DNA of 64,000 bases from Sphaeroforma arctica JP610 (taxonomy: Eukaryota): the NCBI RefSeq assembly GCF_001186125.1, contig NW_014040248.1, positions 12,045 through 76,044 on the forward strand, read 5' to 3'. Shown piece after piece: positions 12,500-25,249 of this stretch. Made by a program: the position numbers and the translations under genes. Under the pieces are notes generated by a model. That model saw only the letters and a list, made by a program, of their open reading frames with translations, was not told the origin of the DNA and made no database searches. Position 1 is the stretch's first letter. Each line of letters starts with the position of its first letter.

Positions 12500-15100
12500 A
12501 CTTAATGACACAGACAAGACCCAAATTGAAGTCTTGCTAAAGCAAAGTCTAATTGAGACAAACTACGATGTAGCCCCTGTTAACCTTGCGCACTTTGCGG
12601 TCGATAAATATAATTGTGATGTATCGGTTGGTAAAACAAGAGTGACATTGTACCGGTCTCCGATTAATAAATTGATACCGCAACACATGTTTCCCTATCC
12701 TAAAATAAGTGAGATACTACGTAAGATGGAAGGCCAAGAGATATTTAAAAGCTGCACTTCATCAATTACAAATCCACGAGCCACATAGAAAGTACTAAGT
12801 AAGAAGCATCAATTTAAAGATGTACATGAAGGATTACGTATATTAACTTCATTCTTCCAACAAGTAATTGCAGACCTGTCGGAAAACGGATCTGTCTATT
12901 AAGACGCTATGTAAACTTTACTATGACAGCTCAAGAATACTTTAAACTCGTTAAAGAAGTTTTAAATTAATGAGAATAAATGCTCATTTGCTAAAGATAC
13001 TATCCACTTACTTGGTTACAAAGTATCTGTAGCAGGAGTAGATATTGATTATGGCAAGAAGCAATTTCTATTGGACTTATCTACACCGATAGCGGGAAGA
13101 GTGTATATAAACTCTGTGTGGGGTTGCTAGCTTCTTTTCGGATTCGGCACACTACCTTTCCTACTACCTACTACCTTTCACTTATTTACGACTTCACAAA
13201 GGGCTGTTGGGAAAGCTACGGAAATGTGATAAGTATTCAAATTAAGCAAAAGTAAAGAAATGAATGCACCGATCATGCAATACTCGGTAGACGGTGTTTC
13301 ATTCCGAGTAGCCACTGACGCTTCAGATCGAGCGATTGGATGCGTACCATATCAAGCTATAAATGTAAGCCACACTACATTCAATTTTTTAGTAAAAGTT
13401 ACAACAAGGGTCAACGGAATTACTCTACAGTTGAACGAGAACTTCTTGCTATTGTAGCTGCGCTAAGTCAATTCAAAGAGTACCTATACGGAAACTATTT
13501 TACTGCCACCTGTGATCAAAGTCTTTAAGATACTTAAAAGATATGAACTCTGATTCGCAATTGGTGAGCCGCTGGCATGATATAGTTGCTAAGTTTGCCT
13601 TCAAATTACACACATTCCAGGAATAAATAACCCTCTTCCTGACATGCTCTCTCGACTTGTCCCGGACTTTTAGACAAATGTGTTCCCGTTTGACCTGTCT
13701 AAACATAATGCGTGAGCAAACTCGCCATGGTAACTAATATTCCAGTTGTTAAATTATGCTAATGTATAGCTTCATCTACCATACCGTTGTGTTGTCCCTT
13801 ACGTAAATCCGATCGCTGGCAACGTGAACTTATTAGTATGATACAAAACAAACCTGTATAGGTTGACCGTGAAACCAAACAAGTGCTCGTATCCAGGATC
13901 TCATTTTGATAAAAAGACACCACAGAGACAAGCCATGACTTGTCGCATTGGTCTTACAGGTACTACTAAATGAAAACCCTCAACCGATTTCTTATCTAAA
14001 CTAGAAGAATCTAAACAGTTTGATCTTAAACTCCAGACTCGCAGAATACCGTCGAGATTACGCCGATTGAAACTGCATTAGATCGTAAAAACGTGGAACT
14101 AGCTAAGGCCATGGAATTTAGACTCTAATCACTAAGTAATCCTAAAGCTCGCACTCAACTGCCTAATGCGCTGCTTAAAGAACAGCCAGGAGTTGCGAAA
14201 CAACCAGTGTAATTTGTTATCTATTAATCGCAGGAAACTACTACTACTGACATTGAAGTTGCCCTAAGTATCGGGGAGATGGTTCATTCCCAGTGTTTCT
14301 CAAAATCTGACATTCTTAGAATAGCTTGAAAGTAAAGTCAGGCTCATTCATAATTTAAATTATCAAGCTTACGAGCATAGTTACAAAACGGATATTTGTG
14401 AAGGCTTGATCGTCTGGCGCTGAAAGCAACCACACGTGTGCGGTATATCGACGCTGCACAGATTATGAAAAGTATCAGGTCAAGCGCTTCGATTGGGCAC
14501 CTCTAAAAAGTGTGCCAAAAGACGATCCAATGCGCCGAGTATAAATCAATTTGGTCAAACTTCCGCGATTCATGCATGCGGGCGATGTATATATCTGTCA
14601 TTTCTTGTGTGTGGCTTCGGGTTACAATTTGTTTTGTGATAACGAACAAACGTCCGCAAACAATTGCAGAATTATGCTATCCCGTCTTTAATGACTTCGG
14701 CTTTCCTCGAGTACTATATTTTGATTATGGTAGTGAGTTCTCTACCGATGTAATGAAGGCACTCATAATTGTATCTGGTATGACCCAAAGGCATGTAGTC
14801 CATATAGACCTCAACCGCAGGGCGCGTACGAGACACGTCATACAGAACTCAGAAACTCTTGTAACCCGTACTAGAGAACGTTGAGGATATCCGATATATG
14901 GCATTACCATTTGAAATAGTTTCAAACTGAAATGAATAGATGCATCCTCAAACTGGAACACTTACGTTTCACAATTAATTTTTTTGGCCGCCATAGTAAA
15001 TTGTAAATGCAACATTCGATACTAAAACAAAAGATCGAGCATATGCAAAACGTTTGTTACCCCTTTTACTCGAGCAAACAAAACTCTCGTCTTGCTTTTC
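12500..15100 (+). mobile_element. Highly decayed Ty3/Gypsy pol (RT, RNase H, integrase)
   Basis: PINKLIPQHMFPYPKISEIL (RT start); FRVATDASDRAIG and FFSKSYNKGQRNYSTVERELLAIVAALSQFKEYLYG (RNase H); FNDFGFPRVLYFDYGSEF (integrase core). Order RT-RH-INT. Confidence 0.9.
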
Positions 15101-15169
15101 AAAACTAGAGATTATGTTAACATCATCAACAGAAACATCAACGCTACATATCATCTCTCTAAGACAATC

Positions 15170-15488
15170 CTAGTATCTAGGGACCAGATTATAAAAAAAG
15201 CCAATCCAAAACCAAAGGATTATCAAATACTGAGTTCTGGGGTCTGGATCCAATATTCCTGATAATAGAGTCATCAGTAATATATGGGGATTACCGGCAG
15301 ATGATAACGGGACCCCCGTGCGAGAATAAAACACCCAAGTATAACTTAAGTCTAGTTCAGGATCACAAATCACAAATAAAGACTCAATGTCCTTCAGCCT
15401 AGGGCTTTTACCTAGCTGGGAGATCCGCACTTGAGAAGTGGTCTATTGTTTCCATTGGTCGTGTCCTGAGCTACTCTCAAACTCTACA
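15170..15488 (-). mobile_element. LTR family B copy, inverted relative to 8799..9147
   Basis: Reverse-complement alignment along the whole length (tctagggaccagattat...caaatactgagt...agctactctcaaactctaca). No TSD seen. Confidence 0.75.
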
Positions 15489-17629
15489 TTTTTAACAATA
15501 TTTTTACTGCGTGAAGTCAAACAATCTAAGCGGGCTAGAACATAGCACTGAGCTTTATTAATATATCAGAGAAAGATAGTAAGAACGAGGAAGGCAGAAG
15601 AATGTGGAGATCCCTGGAGCCCGGAAAGTTGAGAGAAAAGAAGAACTGGTGTGGTGTTAACTAACTTGCACACTGGAACTGGAAAAGAAAGAAGAAGCTC
15701 CCTCCTTGAGAACAGACACCAGGAGCCGACCAACAAGGTAGTGGAATGAACTAAGCGGAAATTTAACACGACGGGGTAACCCTCACAGGATGGCCCATGT
15801 AAATAAGCACCAAACGTGATTAAATTATAGTAGTTGGGAGAATTCAAATCCTAGTAGCAAAGTGAAGATCAGTGTCAGTGTTGATTTAATTGATTGATGT
15901 TAAGAGAATTCAATCCCCATGAGAGACATCAATGTATGGACAATATATAATCAACAGTACATGTAGAACATTTCATGTCTAAAATATATGAGGTACACAA
16001 TAACACATACACAAACATGTGCTACTAAATTAGGTAGACACATGAACCTTGCCACAAATAAATTGTTGAGGTACAGGGCTGTTCTTCTAAACTCCATAGA
16101 AGAAAGCCATCAATAGTTATCCTTTTGGGGCAATTATACACGACGAGAATAAGGACATAAACGACAACACAATGTATAAACGAGCCTTCTATATATAATA
16201 TTTTAGAGATAAGAATAATGAAGGAAGAGTCTTTTGGGTGCCTACACATGTCTCAGAAACATCCATGGAATCTGATTGATGGCTATACATGGATGATAAT
16301 AATAAGTATATATGATGCAGAAGTTAGAAATAAGTAACACTGTAGAGGATGTCTAAACTGATACAGAATAGATACAGGACGTACATTTAAAATACTGAGT
16401 AACATCTACCAAGCACAGGCACAAAGCGTGAGATGCATATATTCTGGAATACAAAATAACACAATTATCTAGAAATATAAATATCCTGGCGCACAAGATA
16501 CCAACATCAATTGGACATAGTTCACGTAATCAGATAAGCAGCCATCTAGAGATAGCTTGAACATTCAGAAAAGCCTTAGTATACATATATGCTTTTGATC
16601 GAATTAGATGCGAGTATGTGAATCAAGAAGGCAGGAACAGAAACATCTATAAGAGCCCAGAACATCTCAATTACAGGGATGACGTAGAAGTGCACAGAGC
16701 AACTCTATTGCAATGATATAATATACATAGTAATACTCACACACCTATAGATCAGAAACAAGATAAGGGAACATATGTTACAAAAATATACATGACAGGT
16801 AACAAAAATACACATATTGATACACAATATACAAGATACAGATTTCGTTTAAAAGCATGTATAAACCCTGCAATGAATAACACATTGCACATATCAACAA
16901 CAGTGATTACACACACACTCACATCTAGAATTCATAGATGTAGATTTTTCATGAACGAATCAAATGACCAAACCACTAGGCACGAATAGATAGACATACA
17001 CAAGCACCATATCAAGCAGTTAGGTATAGAATACTATCAGGAACAATATACCTACTTAGATGACACAATAAATGTATCGACACATCGCATTTCGATACAT
17101 GACACACACAAAAAAATGCATCCAACAGTAACAAATAAACATATATACTCACATAGGCCTAAAATACATAGAGAGACACATTAATGTGGACACGTCACTT
17201 AAAAGGAATATATTAAATCTAAACACAATAAATACAGGATGAGGCACGCGTGAGAAAAAAAACCCAACCGACATCCCGCAATGCACGGACGAAACGGTAA
17301 ATGTGTATATCAATCACATACATACCCATGCACAAACCTATAAGTTCACACATATGTGACATATAATAAATAGATATATTTTATTGATTGATCTATCGCA
17401 AATTACAATAGAGAACGCTAACTACCAATCTATAAGGACGACTATATACAGCGGCTATAAGAGAACGAGATACAAAACTCGGAGTCGAGATTCTTGGCAA
17501 CAAGAAACTAGATTAGAGAGTGCACAAATAACCACATTACTGACCTTCTGAAAAACAAGAAGTTCGGAACAAGACGTATAGTAATATTCACAATACAATA
17601 AACCAAAACAAGAATTGTGTTCCTTGTGA

Positions 17630-19960
17630 ATTATGATAACTTCCTTTATTTTTAGTAGCACAAATTTGTCTTGCTCGAATTGGTAATTAATTGGTCTAAG
17701 CATATTCTTACTTTCTTGAGGAGACTTGTTTGGGCATGTTCACCTGTGGATAAGAATGCTAAATACACCGGTGTTGGTGTTGTGCTTTTGTACATTGACC
17801 ATCTGTAAGCCACCTGTTCACATTTGGATCCGTTTGTGGAATGTACTTACGTGGTACGAGGTTTTCTTTGGCATGCCTCATTTATCCGACATTGATTTCA
17901 TTTGTAGGCACAGTGGCTTTGGTGCCTGACAGGTTGCAATGTACGTCAGGATGTATATCTGCATTGGTTTCTAAGATGTCTACAAGTGAATCTCTGAACC
18001 CTTCTTGTTCGTGCTTTGGATCTTCCTCGTGTGAAATGAGTAATTACTCCCATTTTGCGTATGTTGGAAAAAGGGATTTATAAATCCTGCTATGTATACA
18101 CCTATGTATGGAAGAATGTTCATACCTTTCAAACAAGAAGTGTTGATGCCTTCTTAACTGGTAGATCCAACACTTTCGAAATAGTGAGAGGTTTTTCTTC
18201 CTCTGTAATTAATGTCGCATACTTCGGTCGATCCTGCACTTTGTATTCTCGCACCTGTTTGTGCTAATCGTATGTAGCCTGATTGCGCTCTGACTGATAG
18301 ATATAGTTCAGCTACTATACTTTTGTCCATACATGAGCGTTGTGCGCCTGAGTCTTCGAGTGCCCGGTATGTATTGCCATTAATTTGTATGTCAATGGAT
18401 AAAGGTTGGTAATTTATAATTTGTATCATTCGCATTTATTAAAGTTTCTTCATTTGTATTTACATTTGATCTGTCAGCCAGAGCAATCACGTTTGCTTCC
18501 ACCTACGAGTTGTTTTAGTGCTCGGCACCTTCTGTGATTTCTTCCACCTTGCCAGATGTAATGGACAGTCTTGCTATCTGCACATCCTTCTTGGCCCGCT
18601 CCTCAGCCTGCTTGGCTTCATTCACTTTTTTGTTGTTGTTGGGACATTTACTGTACCGATGTGGGGCTGGCATTACCAGGCAATAAGGACATGGACGCTC
18701 TTCGCGTGCCTCCTTCTTCTCCTGTGCCTGTCCCACTGGCTTATTTTGGTTGGGTGCACCATTGTCTGGTTTATACCGTTTGTTAGCATTGGTAGTGCTA
18801 TTTTCTGCTTGGACGGCTGTTTGTGCGTTATGCTTGTTTTGCGCTCACAACTGATCCTTCAACATACGCTCTCCTTGCAACACTGCCGCCATTCTTATGT
18901 GTGACTCAGTCATTGTATGAAACTTGGTGTGTTCCATAACTGACAAGTACCCTTCACTCCCAAAAGGTCGCTTATCTCCTTTGATTAGAATATCCACCAG
19001 TGTTTGCTGTCCGTAGTACTTAAGTGCTTGGTACCTTTGTACCTTGAGGAGTTGAAAGTGTATGCGTGTCTTGTCTGAGTTGCGGTAACGCTTCTCTAAC
19101 ATCGCCTTTGCCTTACGCGCACGCTCTATGCGCACTTCGACGTTCAGTTTCTTATTTTGCATGTCATTGAGAAACTTCTTCAACAGACAGTCTACTGGAT
19201 ATGGCATAAGTCTGTCAATAATGATCCTATTGAATTGCACAGGTTCCTTGAAGTGCTTAGTTTCATGCGTCTCAGAATCTCTTAAGTTTTTGAGTACTGA
19301 TTTGGTCTTCTCCGTTGCATCAGTGGAATCTATTAGGTTTCTCACTAGTGCTGGGTACTGACACAGTGGCATGGACTTTGCTAAGAATAGGTTGCTACAT
19401 TGTATAGTAAACTTTATGATATCTTCACAGTTTTCCATTCTAAAGTAACTATCTTTTGGCATCTTAGGAAATTCTGAAGTCTTTAGTAGTTTTGCAAGAG
19501 GTGGTTTATTTATCTGGTCGCCTAACTGTGAACGGATGAGCTCTAACTCGCTAATGTACTGACTTATTTGAATGAGATCATCTTCCTTATCGTCACCACA
19601 GTCGTTGATTGCCAGATCATATCGTCGTCTGAGTTCTGCATCCACTAGTGGTATGCGTCGCTCTGGCTGTTGGTCATGTATGCCTACCCTCATCTTGTGT
19701 AGAGTTGGTATAGGCACCGGCACTGTTTGTTCCAACTTGGACACAAACCGACTCACCAGAACATAATTGCCTTGACAGATACTCTTGTCTATTTCTAGAC
19801 GCATTGATGATACTATGGGTACCCCAGCCGGTGTAGGCTGGCCAGAACCACTGCCTGGGCTTGCCCCCCCCCCCCCCCCACCTGGGTTGGCTCCCACGTC
19901 ATCCGCGCCTTCACCTCCTTCCCCACCACCATACACGCCTGCTCTGGTTGATGTTAGCAT
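17630..19960 (-). mobile_element. 3'-truncated Ty3/Gypsy-like element: gag, aspartic protease, start of RT
   Basis: 371-aa ORF 18845..19960 continues in frame past one TGA into CPYCLVMPAPHRYSKC (zinc knuckle, ORF ends 18515). Protease ALEDSGAQRSCM in 18154..18435. RT N-terminal RPINYQFEQDKFVLLKIKEV at ~17640-17700, after which similarity stops. Confidence 0.85.
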
Positions 19961-20301
19961 TTTTAGATGTCTGCGTTGGTGTGTGGGTGTTATGGGTTAT
20001 CAATAAAGACTCTTGTTATATTTTGTGCGAAAGCGCGCGCTTCACCCCCCTTTTCTTTAGTAATAATTCATATAAAGTAAGTAAATTGGGATATATTTTA
20101 CTTACTAATGCAGTGTTGTTGCTTTGCTTCACTTCCGCGGGAAGTGTTTACCGTTCTGTCTAGTACGGTAGCTTGTTGCTTTATTCCCTGTATTTAAGAG
20201 GGGTGAAAACCGTGTTTGTTAGTCAAACTTATTTCGTCACGTGTTGACTTACTTGTGCTTATTCCGTCATATGAGAAATTAATTTCTCATGTGATCTCAA
20301 T

Positions 20302-20470
20302 GAGATGTTCGGTCCTAGTGACGTCACCTGGAGAAGTTCGGCCCTAGTGACGTCACTCTGGGATGTTCGGTCCTGTACCGAACTGTGTCGATGTTGACGT
20401 CACCAGTTGATGTTCGGGTCTGTGCCGAGATATGTTTATGTGTGTTTGCACTTGATGTTCGGTCCTTTGC
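20302..20470. promoter_or_regulatory. Short repeat cluster (GATGTTCGGTCC core) with three TGACGTCA palindromes upstream of the minus-strand gag
   Basis: About five GATGTTCGG(T)CC-like copies. TGACGTCA at ~20318, ~20348 and ~20395; GTCACGTG at ~20236. Lies 340-500 bp upstream of the gag ATG at 19960. Confidence 0.4.
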
Positions 20471-23400
20471 ACTATGATAGTGTGTCAGTGACCATTAATT
20501 TTGTTTATATTTGTACCACCGTATTTGTACCAAACTTTGGATTGGTTGCGTACGCGTTGTGTGTTAGTGTCTTCATGTTTTTAACCCTCTACTGTGTTCG
20601 CACTGTTTGTTTGAGCGAGCTCCTGTGTGTGCTGCGGATGTTCTGTATCCTTAGTGCTATGTCTCGCTGTTCCAATTAGTATGTGCTTAGTATCTCTTGA
20701 TAGCTTATCATGTACTTCTTATTGAATCAGTGATGATACTGATCGCATATGTTGTCTCATTTTGTTAATGTTCGACTATTCTTGCCGGAGTGGCTAGCCT
20801 TAAAAGGGTTTTAAAACCCTAAAGTGAATGCTGATCGCTTTTTATGTCGAATTCTTGAGCTTATCGACTATTTTTGCCGGAGTGGCTAGTCTTAGCGTTT
20901 ATAATAACTTAATCTTGTTGATAGTCATCTCATTGAATCTTACTTGTGAATTTAAGGTCTTATTCTTGTGTGTCCACTTGTAATGGCTGTGCTTTATGTA
21001 ATATTTGGCTATTCATTGCTTTATTTTAGCATTAACAACCAGTTGTGGTTCGTATATGCTTTGAGTTTCTATGCCTTAATTTTCAGATTACTTGTGATTT
21101 CTTGTTGATCAATCGTGGTCTCGTGTTGGTCACGTAGTTTGTGTTTATGCGTGAGTACTCGTGTATGTTCTTTAGTCTTTCTAGATATCTGTGGCTTGTG
21201 ACCTTGATATAACTCCAGAGTTCATGGGCTGCCTTCTTGTTGCTATTGATTTCACATTGACTTGTTATCTCGTGTGCTTCTTGAAGCAATTCGTGTTTTT
21301 AAAGCAATTCGTGTCTTTATGTGTCTAGGGTTACGTGTTTATTATTACTTCTCAGTGTAGTTGTTTGAGTCGTGTATAATTGTTCTAATGCTTGTGTAAT
21401 TATGTCGTTGTACATGCACTTCTATGGTGGTCTGTGTGCGATCAATCTCTGAGCTATTTCAGCTTTGAAATGGTTGATCTCTATGCAATTTCCACTCTGG
21501 AATGTTTATTGTATACTTCTTGTTAGTGTGTGTGTTTCTTTGTTGCCGTATACTGTTGTTTTGCAGTTGTTTTGGGTACTGTTCGTCCCTTGCCAGTAAA
21601 TGCTGATGTGTTGTACTGCTATTGCACTTCACGTGTTCATGTATTATTGCATGCGTGATCTGATCGATCTCCGCTAATTTCCTTCGTGTTGTGACTGTTT
21701 TATATTACGTGTGTTGTTTTTATCTCACAAATATTGTATAGGCTTCTTGTTCTTGCTTCTTACTTGCCCTTCTGCCTTATTAGCAATAGGTACCACTTGA
21801 TCCTCTATGATTCTATGTGAACCTAATCTTGCGATTCTATCATCATACTTGGCCACCCTCCTAGATTTTCACTGCTCTTGTTGTTAAGCCTACGAGTGAC
21901 TCTCTTACTGTGTGTCAAGTTGCGCTATATTCAAGTGCCAATGCAGTTTCTCTATTCTGAGATGTCTCTATTGTTTCTAGGTGATTGCTTATGTTGCGGC
22001 AGGTGATATGTTGTAGTTCGGGGCCCTCTCTCTAAATCCTAGCATTGAGTGACACTTTTATATATAGATTTTTGATGTCCCCAACATTGCTAATAAATCA
22101 CTCGTGACTGGTTGGTGTTATTTTCATTCACTCGTAGAACACTCTTTCCCTCTTGACTCACTTCCAGTTGGGTTATTTACATAAGTTCTTCTCTGTCTGT
22201 TTCTTGTTATCCGGTTTGAATTCTGCTCACCGGTTCTTCTGTGTTTGAGGTCTCGGCTGAGTTCTCTTAATCGCTTGTAATTCTTTCTTCTCCTCTTCGC
22301 CTTTCGTTGGTGTTTGAATCCTAGTTTATATAAATAAAGATTTCTATCTCTTTATCTTGTTGATTCAAATGTTCCATTCCTAATTCCAAACTCAGTATTT
22401 GATTACTCTGGGTTTTGGCCAGCAGTCCGGGATCCGCTGTTGTATGTTTACAACCAGGATGCGGTGTTGCTAGCAGCTCGGCTCCAAGAGCTTCATGACT
22501 TTATGCGAACGTTTATAATAACAGCGTATACTGGTTTGTTGGGAGAGTTATTGTTGGATGATCTGGATAAAAATGGGTTATCGTCGGCAGCAGCAACATC
22601 AACAACGATGTTAACTGCTGTTATATACAACCGGGAGGGGGGGTTCGGGGAGGAAGGAACTTCGAAGTACAGGGAGCAAACTCATTTAAAGGAGAAAACT
22701 CCGCTTACACAAGGGGGAACCCTCACCAACCTGTGATGGGTTCGGCTGGATATCAGTACAGTCATAATGACCGTTATACTACACCCCCACGTGGTGACTC
22801 ACGTGGGTTTGACGGATCCAAAGAACGTTCTTACACCCCTAATAGGGCATATAGGCCGGTGGATGAGAAGACACCGTCCCCGGCACCGCCAGCGTGTGGT
22901 AAGTGCTCGTTGAGGCATCGGAGTGCATCTTGTCCGGTATGTGGCCTTTGTAACAAACTGGGCATTGGCGAACAGACTGCCCATCGAAGGTAACTACGGT
23001 TGCGGTGGCGCAGACTAAGTCTAAATGACTAGTCAGTAACGGTTGGAGTGGTCCAGTGACCCATGTATTCTGCGAGGATTAAGCGCTAAGTATTTATAAT
23101 GATACTGGGGCTAGACCAGCCATGTTGTCCACAGAGTTTGCGATGCACCATCGGTTTGAAGTGACGGATATTGACCCTATCTTTATTACGGGATATGGGG
23201 GTGATGGTCGTATGTCTTTGACTCAACAAGTAGAATTACCCTGCTGTTGGAAGTTTAGGATTCACACGGGGAGGCTACATATCATGAAGCAGAGGAAATT
23301 ACGTTTCTTCTGGCGCCATGGATACCTCATGATTGTACTATTTTGGTTGGTCTGGATGTCATGGAACACGAGAGGTTGGGAGCGACTTGGGGTACATCTA

Positions 23401-25249
23401 CGGACCCAGCTACATTTCGGTTGCAGCTTTCACGGGTTTCCAATGATAATTTCCTACAGTACCGACCTCCTGAGGTGATTTATAAGCTTGAATCTTTGAA
23501 GCGTAATAAGCATGTACCGGATATACATGATGAGTTAGATGAATATGACTTTACTGACTTAAAATATCATGCTCGTATATGTAATTTTACTGTGGCACAA
23601 TTACCAGATCTTAAGGATAAGTATAATCGTAATCGCATTAATAAGAAAGCTCCTAAGTTTATTATGGAAGTCGAATGTGAGATTATGTTAAAGCCAGATG
23701 CCATGCCCCAGCGGCGGGTATATGAGACAAAGGATCCGGTCAAGGTGGGTGTGGAGACGCGTAAATGTGATGACCTTCAAAGTGTGGGACTCGTCGAGCC
23801 GGGCAACAAGTATAGCAAGTGTTGCTTCTTGCATCTTCGGGTGGTTCCACAGGATGACAAAGGATATCGATTGTGTATCGACTGGAGTCCTCAGAACTTG
23901 GAGTTCCATGTGCTGCCTGTGACACTCCCATTGGAAGCGGACTTACTTAACCATGCACGTAGAGCGGTGATACAAACGGTTGTGGATTTAGGTACGGCTT
24001 ACCATCAAATACGTTTGTCTGAGGATTCTCGGGGAGTTATTGACTTTCTACTCAGCGGACGGGCGATACTGGCAACTGTTATGTTTGATGGAAGGTGTTC
24101 TGGGTGTTATGATAAGCAACACTCACCCAGTCGTTGTTTCAATCAGAACGGACGTTGATGCTTTACATTGATGATATGATTATTGCACAGCATCGGCTAG
24201 CACATAAATCGTATATAGATACATTGCGTAATCATTGGCGGGAACAGCATCGGAGACCAAACATTTGTGAGGCAAATGATGTACAGTTGCAGCCCCATAA
24301 GAGTCAAATATCGGTTGGCCGGGATATTTTGGATCATGGGAGTATGATAGATATTGAACGATTGCAGGCGCTTCTTACGGCACCAGCGCCAGTGAGTAAA
24401 CCAAAGGTGGCATCGTTGTTGGCAATGCTTGCGTGGTGGTTAGGTATGATACCCAATTACTCCATAATCATGGAACCAGTGATTCGTTTAACCAGGAAGA
24501 ATGAGGTGTTCAAATGGGATACGGCTTTATGTGCCTACTCAAGATCAAGAATTTGTTGAATATAACCTTGGAGTAACTACAGAAACCAGATGTCATCAAT
24601 GGAGTCGAGAATACGAGGCTGCAATTGTCCACGGGGGCTACAGTTCTAGAAGTTTCGGATTTGGAAACGGGCACTCCAGCAATCCGGTACCAGACGATGG
24701 ATTCTGGCGATTTCTCGCGAATTGAGGAAGTGGTTGAAATCCGACGACGAGCTGAGTCACTGGGGTACGTGGTCATCAAAGAGTTAGTGCTGGATAAGGG
24801 TATTACAGTACATGACCATGATTGCTTGTTCCCAGTGATGTTGATGTCTAGTACATTTAGTGCGGCTCAGAAAAATTATAGCACCACAGGCCGTGAATTT
24901 ATGGGGTGTGTATATGCCACGAAAAAGGTATTGCATATATTACAGCGTTCGAAGGTGCCGTGTGTATTGTATACAAATTACATGTATTGTGCGTAACCCT
25001 TCTCGATATACACAGGAGGATACTATACAGACTCGGCGATGGCTCAGAGCATGCAATGTGCTGCAGGAAGTTGAGTATGATTTCATATATGTACCAGGGA
25101 AGGTCAACTATTTCTGAGATTATATGTCCCATTGTGCCGACAAGATGGATGAGTTGATGACCCCACTTGATCGACGAGCTCAGTGGAAGGACCCGGTAGA
25201 ACAGGCAAGCGATACTGTATTTTGTGGAGCTGTGTTACAATTTGATCTT

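Noticed and set aside
13790..13830. YVNPI as a third MTase motif between RNase H and integrase of the 12.5-15.1 kb element
   Set aside because: Isolated match; no upstream DLFAS..N or downstream V.P.W pattern could be recovered.
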